A program made the position numbers and the translations under genes. From NCBI RefSeq assembly GCF_009914755.1, contig NC_060928.1: DNA of 64,000 bases; one strand, written 5' to 3'. Below the pieces are notes generated by a model. That model saw only the letters and a list, made by a program, of their open reading frames with translations, was not told the origin of the DNA and ran no database searches. Source of the DNA: the human T2T-CHM13v2.0 reference genome, Homo sapiens. This document shows positions 40,356 through 54,970 of this stretch, in pieces (the first letter of the stretch is position 1; each line of letters begins with the position of its first letter).

Positions 40356-42194
40356 AAATTTCAGTTCCTCCTAAGCAAATCAAGATGTTAGTAACAATGA
40401 CATAGGAATTATTTCAATAAATAAAATGTAAAATCTGTTAGGCCAGTTACCAAAAGGAAAAAAAAAAGACGTTCCACAGTGTGATTGCTTTTCCCTATGT
40501 GGACTCCATTTAGAAAACCTGTAAGTCAAACTAATGAAAATGGTAGCTGAATTAGTTAGACATAGGAAGAGTGTGTCCTGGGTTATAAGTGAAAGTTTTC
40601 AGATTTATAGAACAATTTAGACATATTAAGAAAAGCCAAGAGCACGGAATGTTATGTTGGATGAAAACATGTCCTCTATACATTTAAGAAACTGATTTTA
40701 GCATCAGGCTACAACAGCATTTAGAAACTGAAGGGAAAACAATTATGGGAGCTAATGAGAAAGTTGCAGGAGAGAGTTATCTAAGGCCTTCTCAAAGAAG
40801 AGAGAAAGTTAAAAATAGTAAGATGCAATAAAAGTTGAATTTGGCAGTAAAAAAAAAATTAAAATATCTTGTAATTATATTAAGAAGAAATCAACACTTC
40901 AGAAAATTTTTTTGTTCTAACCAAGTTTTTAGTGTACTAGTGTTTTTTCATATCAAAGCCCAGTCTCTAAAAAGAGTGTTATTATTTCCTTGTAATTACA
41001 ACCAACTTGATCATATCAAGTTTTTTAATCATGAATTCTCTTTTTATAAAGTGTTTACAGCTTACACAAACCATTTACAGCATGCTTGAACTTCCTGTTT
41101 TATCCTAAATATCCCTCCTTCTTAAATACCTGGTCATTATATTTTAGGACAGAAAATTTACCATACAAGACTCTTTCTCATATTAAATTATTGTCCTTTG
41201 ACTCTTTCTTACCAAAAAATACCTTTGTATATCTATAACTTTCTTTACATCTCTCATATTTATTGTTTCAGAAATAACCTTTGAGTTAGACAAAAACTAT
41301 TTTGCTTTAAATAAACATTTTTTTTAGAAAACTATTTTCCAACAATTTTTTTTAAAAACTGGAAATGACCGAGACATTTAATAAATATCTATTAATTAAT
41401 TCAACATAACTTTAGATTCTAAATTATATGACAAGTTAATTTATAAGCATTTATTTCATTAAATTTACCCAATTAATTTATTTTTAACAGATTATTTAAG
41501 ACAACTGTGGTAGTCATCACTTAACATTATTTTTCTCTTAACCAATTTTACAACCTGTGAATTTCAGGTGTTTATTGAAGTAAAAATCTTAAGGTTTAAT
41601 AAATATTGGGCTTTTTGGCCAATAATTCAGGATTTAGGTGTTTTCATTAAACAAAACTATTAAATGCCTTATTTCTAAAAAAAAAAAAAAAAAACACAAA
41701 TTAATTCTCTTTCGGGCTGCAAGCTTTATAATTCTCATGCCAAATTTTGACACTTTATAATATCTGTCAGAGATAAGTATTGAGCTGCTTGACCAATAAA
41801 TCTAAACAATAATGTATGTTGACAATACTGAAGACATTTCTCATTTTATTTTACCAATAATTTTAAAACCAGTTTACTTATTAAGCATTTATTTGAGTCA
41901 CGTGAACTTGAAAAAGCATTTGGGCTTAAATGTTTATTTTTCTAATGAAGCTCTTTTATGTATATTTGGAAGTGAAACATTATACACACAATACATAAAT
42001 ACATAGACATATTAGACATGCAGACAGAGTAGATCTTATAAATTCATAAAACCTCTTTTTCTTCCTATTTTTGACTTCCAATTTCTTGATAACCGTTACC
42101 CAAGGCAACTTGTCAGCCAGTTAGCCCTAAATTTGCATACTAAAGGAACAACTCAGGTGAAAATCAGACAGTAAAATTTACATTTCCAAGTGGG

Positions 42195-42209
42195 GAGAGA
42201 GAGAGACAG

Positions 42210-42264
<55 letters not shown>

Positions 42265-42270
42265 GAGAGG
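42195..42270. repeat. Compound (GA)n(TA)n(GA)n microsatellite
   Basis: Directly visible in the sequence. Confidence 0.95.
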
Positions 42271-42526
42271 AAGAAAGCCCACTGTGCTAGAGGGAAATTA
42301 AAAATGGATGCCAAGTCAAACATAAAATTATATAAATCAACCATAGGATTTTATAAGGAAACCAATTTTATTTAGATAGGTAGTTTAAAATTTAGTCTTT
42401 ATCTTTTAACTGCACCTCTGAGCTCTAGGTAGAGCCCACACTGAATCCTGGGTCTCCAAAAAGAGAGATATCATGAAACTAGGTCATGAAATGATTTTAC
42501 AGTGCATTTTGTTACAAAGACATTTC

Positions 42527-43363
42527 TGTAAAACACACAAAAGAAAATTCTAAGCCTCCCCAAACAACTAAATGGACTCCTCTCAGCCAAGCACATTATA
42601 AAGTAAACACTAGTTCAGGTCATGATGGGAATGGGTGGTTGGATATGCTTCCTTATTACCTTCCTCCTTTTGGAATTCAGGCACAGCTGACCAGCATTAA
42701 TGTTAAAACAGAAACCTTAAGACTGACAAAACAGAATCTTTGTACCAACGTGACAGACAGCAGACCCTGAAATAAATTAAACTATTTTACCCCAAAATAT
42801 ATTTCTTTGGCATATTTTGAAATGGCCTTACAAGGCTGTCTCTTATAGAGAAAATCTACATTCTGTAGAGAATTCCTTTCCATTTCCAGGTCTTTTTCCT
42901 GATCCAGGAGAGAATTAATTAAGAGTCTGGCACTTTATAAGTCTGATAAGAAATATGTATAATATACTCTCTCTAAAGTCTGCTACCTGGGGGCTTCATT
43001 TACTTATAAGAGCCTTGGTCTCCACAACCCCTTATCTTAACACAGACATTTCCTTGTATTGGTCCGAGGACTTTAGGTAAATTGTGTCAATCAATTGCCA
43101 ATAAGAAAATCTTTGAATCCACCTATGACCTGGAAGCCCCCACTTTGAGTTGTTCCAACTTTCCAGACTGAATCAATGTACATCTTACATGTATTGATTG
43201 ATGTCTTGTGTCTCCCTAAAATGTATAAAACCAAGCTGTAGCCTGACTACCATGGGCACATGTTCTCAGAATCTCCTGAGGATGTTTCACAGGCAATTGG
43301 TCATTCATGTTTGGCTCAGAATAAATCTCTTCAAATATTTTAGAGTTTGACTCTTTATCAACA
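42527..43363 (+). mobile_element. Nested MER4-family solo LTR (MER4D/E-like), antisense to the host provirus
   Basis: 837 bp with TG...CA ends ('tgtaaaac...aaaattctaagcc' to 'gagtttgactctttatcaaca'). Perfect 4-bp TSD TTTC (42523-42526 / 43364-43367), and AATAAA at ~43320. Confidence 0.9.
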
Positions 43364-44821
43364 TTTCTCTAAGTGTTTAAACCATATCCTTTATCATCTT
43401 AAACATACAAGAGTAGCCCCCCTAGCAATAACTATTTCAGTCAAAAAAGAAAAAAAAAAAAACAGGTAACACAATACAAAAGCAAGTGGTTTAAGATCTG
43501 AGAGGAATTTGTTTGTTTATACTCTTGGGGAGTCCATAAGGAAAAACAGAGGTTTCTCCCAAAAAGGAGTCTGATGGCTTCTCTGATTTCTTTAAGGAAT
43601 CCCAGGCTGTTAGAAATTATGTTAGGTCCTTTATGTAGCGGAGTGTGGCAAGAGGAGGGAGAGACAGTCAGAAGCAAATGGAAAAAAACAGAATTCAGAC
43701 AACTGAGAAGAAAGAGGAAAAAAAAACTTTTTCTCAAAAAACAAGATCCTAGGAGAGAAAAAAGGGGACAAAGGTCTTTTAAATGTATATACATCTTGGG
43801 TATTTGCTTTAAACTGAGCTGACTTTTAACCACTGGAACTCTTAAAAAATCCTTTAAAATTTCTTATTAACATATTTTAGTTGGGACAAACTGCTGATAT
43901 TTCAAAAGTAACACAAATATCAAACCGGAAAATGACTGGATTAGGAAACAAACTCAGGCTGTCATGGTGAAAAAAGGGCAGAATTGTAGCTCCTGAACTA
44001 CAGCATGGGTTAGATGGCTGCCATTGCTTTTTCAGTTTGGCTTGGCTAGCAAAAGGTAGACTTGTTAGGTAAATAAAGCCCCTCAGGGGGTCAAAAATTA
44101 CTCTTTTTTTGCTTTTGTTGGCCTTTTTGTTTTTCTTCTTCCTTTTCTTTCAGCTTCAGGAATTTAGCCAATCCAGAGGTCTTGTTTCCCATAATTTAGA
44201 AGTTTCCTTCAGATTTTGCCAAATCAGGTAGCATTGGTCAAACCAAAGGGGAAGAAGACTGAAATAACAAAAACAACAACAGAAGAAACAAACGAAAAAC
44301 AGTTAAGCAAAAGAACCAATTGCACAATTTATATGATTACTGAGCTCTCTAATTGTAAGGAGAAATTAAAGCCAGCTGGTTGTTAGTCTTAACTTTTAGT
44401 CTTTAAGGAGAATTTCCAAGACAATACTCCAATTCAGCTACCTACCTAGGAATGGAGTGCTCTCTACCACTTTAGAAGGAGAAAAAAAAACAAAAAACCT
44501 CAAACTCACCTTCACTGTTGGAAGCAAGCTGAAACTCCAGAAAGAAGTTGTCTGCTCTCTATCGTCATGAAAGCAGGTACACACACCTTTCTCATCGGAT
44601 GCGAGTAAAACTCCAGAAAAGGAGCTGTGCAGCAAAATAAACCTTAGCTGTTAACCAAATTTTGCGTGATCAGGGATTCACTGGAGAAGGGAGTTCCCAG
44701 GCCTCAGCAAATTGTCCCATTGGTTTAAGCAACAAATATAGCTGAAGCTGATATAGATAAGATCACTGATCAGAGATTTGTCAAAGGTCAGGGTCACCTT
44801 CATTTCTGTTGGTCACCAATC

Positions 44822-45247
44822 TGTAAACCAAAAAGTATCTGAGACAGGTCTCAATCAACTTAGAATTTTATTTTGCCAAAGTTAAACATGCACCTGGGAG
44901 ACAGGTCTGTACCTTTCTTCAAAGATGATTTTGAGTATAAGTATTTAAAGGGAAAAAGTGAGCTAGAGGGGAAAGAGTGAGGGTATGGTAATCCTCATGT
45001 TGCAAGAGAAAAGGAGCAGGTAGGAGATTAGTCAATTATATATTCAACTGATGCTCAGTAAATCAACACTTTACATTAGATAAGGTAAACATAGAGTAGC
45101 TACCTGTGGAGATATTTAGCCTTTTATACCTAGCTATCTGCTTAGAAACAAAAAGAAAGGCACTTTCTTGCATGGCTCAGCTTTCAGCTTAATTTTATTC
45201 TTTTGGCGTAGTGCATTGAGATGTCATGTTTTCATTTTCCTTTCACA
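44822..45247 (-). repeat. MER4C-like 5' LTR
   Basis: Direct repeat of 36605-37033, followed on the minus strand by GAT and TGGTGACCAACAG (PBS-like). Confidence 0.88.
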
Positions 45248-45730
45248 GGACCAAAACAGTTTTTTACAAAAAAGAAGTGCTTAACAAATGTGTTTTTAAA
45301 ACAAACCTTTATAAATCTTAGCATCACAAATCATTATTCTATAGAAGTATTTCCATCATACCATTTAATATGATGGGAAATTTCTTTGTCTTTTTTTAGT
45401 AAACGGATTTTAAAACTAAACATTATGATGATAAAATAGCAAGTAAATATAAATTTAATTTAATTGTTATGGTAATTGATATGTAAACATTTCCCAATCT
45501 TATTTCTTAACTTTAAACAAGTATAATGGTTAATCTAAAGCTTTATTCTCTCAAAGTGCTGGTGCCAATAACATTTTACAATATCATATTCTCAGTAATT
45601 TTTTCTCATTATCCAGTAGTCAAAACTGACAAATCCTAAGTCAAATATAATTTTGATCAAGAATGAATCCAATTTGGGACTTATTTTAAATTTTAAAACA
45701 TATACATACGTATGATAAATAAACTGCATA

Positions 45731-45801
45731 TCTATCCATCCATCTATCCATCCATCCATCCATCCATCCATCCATCCATCCATCCATCCATCCATCCATC
45801 C
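45731..45801. repeat. (TCCA)n tetranucleotide microsatellite
   Basis: A directly visible ccat/ctat run. Confidence 0.95.
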
Positions 45802-46439
45802 TCTATCTCCTCTCTGCCCCATTTCCCCTTCTCCTTCTTTACCTGCCTCCCTCTCCCTTTCTGGATTGGACCTCCCTTACCTCTCCTTTTTAGAGGAGAG
45901 GAGGAGGTTTAATTCATCCTTTCTATTCTTAGATACAAGTTTATTTGAGAGTTTTCTGTTTATATTCATAACACTATGAGGTAGCAATGAAAATATTGCC
46001 TATCCTAATATGCACTAGAGCCTCATGTGGATTTTTATCTCATAAACATTTTTCAGCATTTTTAGTAAAGAAACATAATTCTCATATCAAAATTTCCAAA
46101 GTTAAGAACTCTTCTCAACATGAAGCATTTTTATAAAGGATAAGGAATTGCATGATTTGGTAAGCAGCAGGAAATGGGCAACTTGGAAAGAACTGTCTCT
46201 AATTTTTAACTGGTTTTATAGAAAGCTTGTTTCTGAGACCTGCTGGGTGTCCAAATTGGTTCATGGGTTCAGAGAATAACATTAGAAATCCTTAGAACAA
46301 AGATAATGGAATCTCAGGCCTTCTGGGAAATCTGGATCAATGGATGATATCCAATTTCCTCAAAGATTGACTTCAGTTGAAAAGTTATACACATTTATTC
46401 TTATTTTAACTATTTTATGAGATCTTGACATATAGAATT

Positions 46440-47100
46440 ATTAATAGTATGACTATCTGAGTAAAATATCTAAAATTTTGAACTTTCATTTCCTTCATCT
46501 TCAAAATTCTATATTATAGGATTGTTAGATGACTAAATTAAATAATATATGTAGATGGCATAATTACCTGCCTGAATTATCAGTCAATATGACCAGTATT
46601 CATGATTATGGTAATAATGACAATGACAATGATGCTGTCAAAGCCAAACTCAAAGCTTTGATATCTATTTCAGTTCTTCATGTAATAAACATTCCTTGCT
46701 CTGATTTCAGATATTCTACTGCCCCAAATTTCCAACTGGATGTTTCCTGGGTATCTAATATTAAAATTTATCTTTAACAATTTGTAAACTTCCATTTCTC
46801 CTTCCAGACCTATCAACCAGTAACATCTACATCATCTCCCCCTTCCCAAACCTGCCACCATGACACTATCCTTATCTTGGTGCCTGGCATTCTCAGAATG
46901 CCCCAGGCCTGCTCTCCCACACAGAAAAATGTCCTCCTAGGTGTCTCCCTCGCAAGCACACCATCTGCCTTCCCTCATGTCATCTGATCTCTCATCTCTG
47001 CCTAATCTATCTGAGAATGAAAATGGCAACTACTTACTGGATGCTTTTTCCTTGACAAGCACAATAATTATTTTAGGTCTATATCACATTTAATTTTTTC
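46440..47100 (+). mobile_element. MIR fragment followed by an L2 fragment
   Basis: MIR core 'tttccttcatcttcaaaat...tataggattgttagatgactaaat' (46440-46600). L2-like 'tttccaactggatgtttcctgggtatct' follows from ~46700. Confidence 0.5.
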
Positions 47101-47140
47101 AATAGCTTTTGCATTTACAGATGGACATACCACCTCACAT

Positions 47141-48171
<1,031 letters not shown>

Positions 48172-49001
48172 ACATTATGCTACATAATGGGGATTCTGAA
48201 AAGAAGAGCACAGTTTACTTCTACAGCTGTCAGTTTCTAAACTGAAAAAACAACCCTTGAAATGAACTATGTTAATTGCAGCGCTGTTATTAGACTTTGT
48301 CAGCTAAGATTTACATTTTAATTCATTTGATAATACACAAAGTAATACACTATCTTCATATGAACTCTGGATGTCTCAATATGCAAAATGCAAATTTGAA
48401 AGAGAAAAATTTTGTGCTTATTTTCTGAGCTTATTAATTTTTTGAAAGTAGCTACTCTTAGTGCAGATGGATTTTTTTCTTTTTTTTCCAGCTTGGATGT
48501 ACCTTAGAAAAGAAATGTTCAGATGCATTTCTAATAGAACTTTATCATGTCTGGACAAACAAAAACTTAGCAATATCAAATACATTACTATAAAAATGTC
48601 CTGTAATTAGATATAATAATCTATGAATAATTAAATGTTGCAGAGAGACGGCACAACAAAACCACACAAGTTGTAAGGCAGCTTTTTGGCTTCTTTTCAT
48701 ATATCCCATAATAGCTATGTATTAAGATGACAATATTTAAGAAAAATAACCAAAGAACAATGCTCTGATAGGCTAAGAAGTCACTGATACTGATTATATT
48801 TTTAAAAATATGTCTTGTAATTAGATCATCCAAAAGCTGTATTGATAATGTTAACTTTTGTTTTTATAGTGTTTGAAAGTAATATAGATAATTAAAAAAT
48901 TAAGGCCAATTGAAGTTTACACTTTATATTGATCCCAGTCATATTTTCTAGCACCTCCTATTCTACCTCAGTCTTTTAGTTTTATGTTGTTAGCATATAC
49001 G

Positions 49002-49512
49002 TTTTTAAATGGATATATAATAGTTGTGCACATTTATGGGACACGTGAAATTTTGATACATGCATATGATCAATATGTAATGATCAAATCAGGGTATTCA
49101 GAATACCTATCACCTCAAAAATTTATTATTCATTTGTGTTGGAAACATTTTAAATCTTCTCTTCTAGCTATTTTGAAATATATAATAAATTATTATGGCT
49201 AACTCTAGTCACCCTACAGTGTTATCAAACATTAGAACTTATTTCTTCTATCCAACTGTGTTTGTACCCATTAACCCAGCCCCTCTTCATCCCCCTTTCC
49301 TCAGACTCTTCCTAGCCTCTGGTAAGCATCATTCTACCCTCTCCCTCCAGAAGATCTACTGTTTTAACTCCCACATATAAGTGAGAACATGAAATATTTC
49401 TCTTTCTGTGCCTGGCTTATTTCACTTAATATAATGACCTCCACTTCCATCCATGTTGCTGCAAATTACAGGATTTCATTCTTTTTATGGATGAAAAGTG
49501 TTCCATTGTTTA
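49002..49512 (-). mobile_element. L1MA-like 3' end
   Basis: 'aatgatcaaatcagggtatt...ctcttctagctattttgaaatatataataaatt...ttctgtgcctggcttatttcacttaatataatgacc'. Confidence 0.88.
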
Positions 49513-49585
49513 TCATCCAGTTTTATAATTCATCATTTCCTCCTCAATTCTCCTATACCACTCAATTCATTCTTCCTTCTAGAAA

Positions 49586-49772
49586 TTTTTTTTTTATACT
49601 TTAAGTTTAAGGGTACATGTGCACAATGTGCAGGTTTGTTACATATGTATACATGTGCCATGTTGGTGTGCTGCACCCATTAACTCGTCATTTAACATTA
49701 GGTATATCTCCTAATGCTATCCCTCCCCCCTCCCCCCTCCCCCCACCCCACAATAGGCCTTATTTGTGATGT
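49586..49772 (-). mobile_element. Short L1PA 3' end
   Basis: Poly-T, then 'tatactttaagtttaagggtacatgtgcacaatgtgcaggtttg...ctcctaatgctatccctcccccc'. Confidence 0.9.
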
Positions 49773-49835
49773 ACTTATTGGTTTAGGTGCTTATCCCCCT
49801 CCCCCGTTCAGAATATAAGTTATTTGAAACAGGGC

Positions 49836-50189
49836 TGTATTAGTCCATTTTCACACTGCTGATAAAGACATACCCGAGACTGGGAAGAAAAAGAGCCTTA
49901 ATTGGACTTATAGTTTCACATGGCTGGGGAGGCCACAGAATCATGGTGGGAGGTGAAGGGCACTTTTTACATGATGCCTGCAAGAGAAAATGAGGAAGAT
50001 GCAAAAGCGGAAAGCCCTGATCCAACCATCAGATCTTGTGAGACTTATTTAATACCATGAAAACAGTATGGAGGAAACCACCCCATGATTCAAATGATCT
50101 CCCACCAGGTCCCTCCCACAACACGTCGGAATTATGGGAGTACAATTCAAGTTGAGATTTGCATGGGGACACAGAGCCAAACCATATCA
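49836..50189 (-). mobile_element. THE1B-like solo LTR (ERVL-MaLR)
   Basis: 'tgtattagtccattttcacactgctgataaagacatacccgagactggg' to 'gagccaaaccatatca', with a perfect 5-bp TSD AGGGC (49831-49835 / 50190-50194). Confidence 0.93.
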
Positions 50190-53100
50190 AGGGCTCACAG
50201 ATTATTACTCTTTGTACATGCAGAATTTAGGTTACTGTCTGAAACATGGCAGTTGATCCAAGCAAAAAAGAATTAATATATTCAAATATTCTATAATATG
50301 CCCACCTCAAACACATAAAAAAGATACTAAATGTTGTTTTTATCCTATTTTTTCTAAGGCCCTGAACTCTTAAGTTCACCCAGGGGAAGTAATCTAATTT
50401 CTAAAAGGGACATAAAGTAACACTGACATTAAAGTCACTGGATATATGAGGCTGTCACTAGATATAATAGATCGGCCACCATGGTGCTAGATTTAAGTCA
50501 TCCAGGCTATATTGTTAAGATGACTTTATCAAATCTTTCTTGGAAAAGCTGTAACACAAATCTTGAACAATTGCTTCGCTTAGCGCATGCTGTTTACAAA
50601 ACTTCAATAACTAGAGTGAACTTTGTTTCTCTGGATGAACCAGAATATAGCCATGACCTATCCCTGAGTTCTTAATTTGCTTTTTTGCCATGTAACCTGG
50701 AGAGTAAATAGGATGAAGAACTTCAGAACCCAGTTTAGTTGATGACAGGGTTGTGGTTCAGGAGTTAAATGGCCTCAAATTCCTCCACTGAACAATTAAT
50801 TAATAATTAATACTGGCACTTACTTATGCCAAGCTCTGTAAAAGATTCTGAGTGATAGTAAATATCTTTTCTCTTTTCCCTTGTTAGTGAACATCTTTTA
50901 TCTTTCTTCTTTTTTTTTACCTTTTCGCTCTTATTTAGGAGTTTATTCCACATTCCTCCTGGTTCTTGTTTCAGCTCAATTCCTTCTCTTGAGCTGAATG
51001 GAATGAAAGAAATAATGCCATTTTATTTTATTCTTCTTTTTATTTCAAAGAAAATTAAAACATGATCAAATTGTCTGAGAATTTGCTGTTTCCCTCAATA
51101 TGTTCTGAAAAATAAACATATTATTCTCAGTCTCTTACACATAAATATTTTACAATGATTTCATTCTTGAGTCCAATTTCTCTTCTCAGCAAAAGACCCA
51201 AATTTCCACTGTCATCCTATGCCATTCCTTCTAAATTTTATCACCATATTCGTAATTGGGCCCAGGTCTCTACCTCACATATAGTGAGTACCCAATACAT
51301 GTTTGTACGGACATCTTAGAAATTGATTATGGTTGGCTGAGTGCAGGTAAAAGTAATAGGGTGTAGGTTCATGTTTACAAATATCTTGATAGAAATTCCC
51401 AGAGAAGCAGGAAGGAATTCTCTCTAAATGCTTAGGCACCTTTTACATCAAGGCTAAATCCTGAAAGGTAAAGACTGGGTAGCACAAGGTGCTGACCTCT
51501 TCAGAAGAGTTCAGATGAAGAAGGGAGAAATCCTGTGCCTGTAGACTTCTTGAGTGGAGGAAACCCAAGAGATCAGAGCTTGTTTAGGAGCCTGAGTTAC
51601 CCATAAAAATGGCTGACCAATAAAATAAAATGCCTCAGAAAAGTGACCCACTGGAATGAACACTCTAGTATCCCAAATGCATTAATGATAGGATTTGCAG
51701 ATGCATAAAATGAAGGTAGTCTGGGCAGGAGTTGCTTTCTGATTGACATGTCTCTAGCTGATACGTTGTGCGCGTAAGTGGTAGTTTGAGGTCTATTAAA
51801 TTGAGTGTCTATAGAAGCTTGCTGACTCCAGGCTGCTGTGCTACCTTTATCTATTTCTCTAGATTTAGATCTCAGGATTTGTATTCTGAAAGCTTATGTG
51901 GCTTGGATTTGGTCTTACTCTAATAAGTAATCAATTATTCTTTCTTTTCCACATGCAATCTTCTCACAGTTTATGGAAGACTTTTGCAAATGTCGCTATG
52001 ACACTTTATTGTCTTGTATTTATACCTTTTTGTTGTATCTTCTCATACTGTCTGTGGGATTGCCCAGGAGACTTACTGGCAAATGGAACATTTGCAAACT
52101 TGATGGACACATATGCTGAAAGTGTTTGCACATTGAGGCTCACCCTGTTTCTCTTCTTGGAATTCTGCTGCTATGTCTGAAAAACTAAGCCCCAGTCAAC
52201 TCCCAGATATGTGAAAGGCCATCCTTGATAATACAGCCACCAGCCACCTTGGCATCTGAATGCAGTGCTTGAGAGAACTCAGTAGAGATAAGCTTAGTTA
52301 TCACAGATCAGAAGAACCACCTGAGCAACCTTCAGAATAGTGAGCTAAAGAAATGCTTGTTATTTCGAGTGACTACATTTGGGGGTGATTTGCTTTGTAG
52401 CAAAAACTAACTGACAGAGAAAGTGATACCTAGACTTGAGTGCTTCCATAACAACAAAACCAAACATGTGAAATTAACTTTAGAATCATTCAGTGGGCAG
52501 AAGTTTTAAGACGTTTTGTGAAATCTGGAAAACGGGCAAGCAAATTATTAATGGAGGATGAAAAGATTGTGATACATGTTATGTAAGATTACAAAACAAT
52601 GATAAAACTGTTGCCTAGAGTAATTTGGGAGATGAAAAATGTGGATCTTGGAAAGATAATTTTCAGGAACACTTTAAAATTTTATTGGCTTCTTTTAGTT
52701 TTCTGTGATAAGTTATAGGAAAAGAGAGATAAGCTAAAGAAAGAACTGATCAGTTTGCAAGCAGAGCTCATATGGAATAGAGAGGAGCCAGGGTGTACTG
52801 GATTGGGAACATAACTGTTTCTTATATGAAGTCTATCTAGCCAAGAAAAGATTCTCAGACTAAATTAAAACCTGAGGGTGTTAATCAAGATCAGGGCACT
52901 TCCAGTAAAACATTTATTCTATGTCAAGATGAAATCAAGGACTTAAGAAAAATTTATGGTGATATCTGGTGGACTTTCTCCACTAGACAAAAGAACTTCT
53001 AAAACCCTTAATAGCATTGCCTCATAGCAGCTTGACAAACTGCCCAAAGCAGAGAGAGGCCGGTTTTGAAAATAATTGTGGATATGACTTTTGTTAAATG

Positions 53101-53216
53101 ATATATAGAAAGCCCATAACCTTGTTAAGGGAGTTAAATCAGCAAAGGGCAGCTAACCCAGAAAACAAAAACAAACAAACAAAACCTTGAGACAGTTCAA
53201 GTAAAATAGAGGTCTC

Positions 53217-54100
53217 TATAAGGAACTTAACAAGCAAAAAACAAACAACTCCATTAAAAAGTGGGCAATGGACTTGAACAGACACTTTTTAAAAGAAGAC
53301 ATACACATTGCCAATAAGCATATTAAAAATGCTCAATATCACTAGTCATTAAAGAAACGCAAATCAAAACTATGTGAAATTCCATCTCACACTAGTCAGA
53401 ATGGCGATTATCAAAAGTCAAAAAAATAACAGATGCTGGTGAGGTTGTGGAGAAAAGGGAATATTTATACGCTGCTGGTAATAATGTAAATTAGTTCAGT
53501 CACTGTGGAAAACAATGTGGTGGTTTTTCAAAGAACTCAAAGCAGAATTACCATTGGACCTAGCAATCCCATTACTGGGTATATACCAAAGGAATATAAA
53601 TTGTCCTACCATAAAGACACATGCATGAGTATGTTCATTGCAGCTCTATTCACAATAGTAAATATATGGAATCAACCTACTTGCCTATCAAGGTAGACTG
53701 GATAAAGAAAATGTGGTACACATACACCATGGAATACTATGCAGCCATAAAAGGGAATAAATCATGTCCTTTGCAGGAGTACGGGTAGAGCTGGAGGCCA
53801 GTATTCTAAGTGAACTAAGACAGGAACAGGAAAACAAATACCACATGTTATCACTTATAAACAGGAGCTAAACATTGAGTACATATGGTCACAAAGAAAG
53901 GAACAATAGACACTGAGGCCTACTTTAGGGTAGCGGGAAGGAGAAGGATGAGGATCAAAAAACTATCTATTGAGTACTATGTGTATCACCTGGGTGACAA
54001 AATAACCTGCATATCAAATCCCCTGACATACAATTTACCTATGTAACAAACCTACACATGTATTCCTGATCTAAATTATAAGGTAAAATGAATAAATAAA
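53217..54100 (+). mobile_element. 5'-truncated L1PA15/16-like element
   Basis: The L1 ORF2 C-terminal and 3' UTR sequence ('cccattactgggtatataccaaaggaatataaa', 'aggatcaaaaaactatctattgagtactatg') with an A-rich tail and a degenerate TSD aaataga.g.ctct. Confidence 0.9.
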
Positions 54101-54633
54101 TAGAAGGCTCTGGACTACCAAATTTCTATTGGAAGAAGACTTAGAAAGCAACTGAACTGTCAACCTGGGCAATTTATTTTTTACAGAAAAATAAGAGTGC
54201 CTTGGAGGAAGGATCTAAAAGTCCAGGGACCATAGCGAAGAATCAGGGAGGAAAATGTCTAGGGATCCTCTCCAGTGAGTAGAACAGCATTCTAGTCAAT
54301 AAATATTTTCTAATCCTTGGTGTAGGGTTTCAGGCAACATTTGCCCTGCCAGGTTTCAGAATTGTTATGGACCAATGATTATTACGGTTTTTTTTTGTCC
54401 TCTCTCTTTATGAATAGAAGTGTTTTTTTCAGTTGCTCTGACTCTGTCTCAATATTTTATTTTGGGTGAATTGAGAATCGAATAGCTTATCTTTTTAGTT
54501 GATATGCTTTGATCAAGAGGAGTTGCAGCAGAGTTGTTCATTCCCGCCTGATATGGATCAGAAGGTACTAGACTTTAAGCCTGATACTGTAATTTTATGA
54601 AGTTTCTGGTAGTTTTGGGAGAGGGTACAAGCA

Positions 54634-54970
54634 GAGTCCTCTATCTTAACGATGGGAATACTTTTTGAGAAATATATTAGGCTATTTTGTTGTTCTGTGA
54701 AAATTGCAGAGTATACTTACATACACCTAGATGATAGAGTCTGCTACACACCAAGACTGTATGTAGAGCCTATTGCTTCTAGGCTAAAACCTTTACAACA
54801 TGTTTACTGCACTGAATACTGTAGGCAATTCTAACATGATGATATTTATGTATCTAAAGATATCTAAACATCGAAGGCAACAGTGAAAATATAGCATTAT
54901 AATCTTGTGGGACCACTGTCGTAAATGTAGTCTGTCGTTGACCAAAGTGCCATTATGCAGAGCATGACTA
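54634..54970 (+). mobile_element. Tigger3a/MER7A-like DNA transposon (TcMar-Tigger)
   Basis: 'cttaacgatgggaatactttttgagaaat...tacttacatacacctagatg...aatcttgtgggaccactgtcgta...gcatgacta'. Confidence 0.85.

Noticed and set aside
43441-43833. Hydrophobic 130-aa ORF in the MER4 interior as an env or gag remnant
   Set aside because: It comes from T-rich low-complexity sequence and has no retroviral motifs.
45592-45912. ORFs with WMDG and HPSI repeats
   Set aside because: They are artefacts of the (TCCA)n microsatellite.
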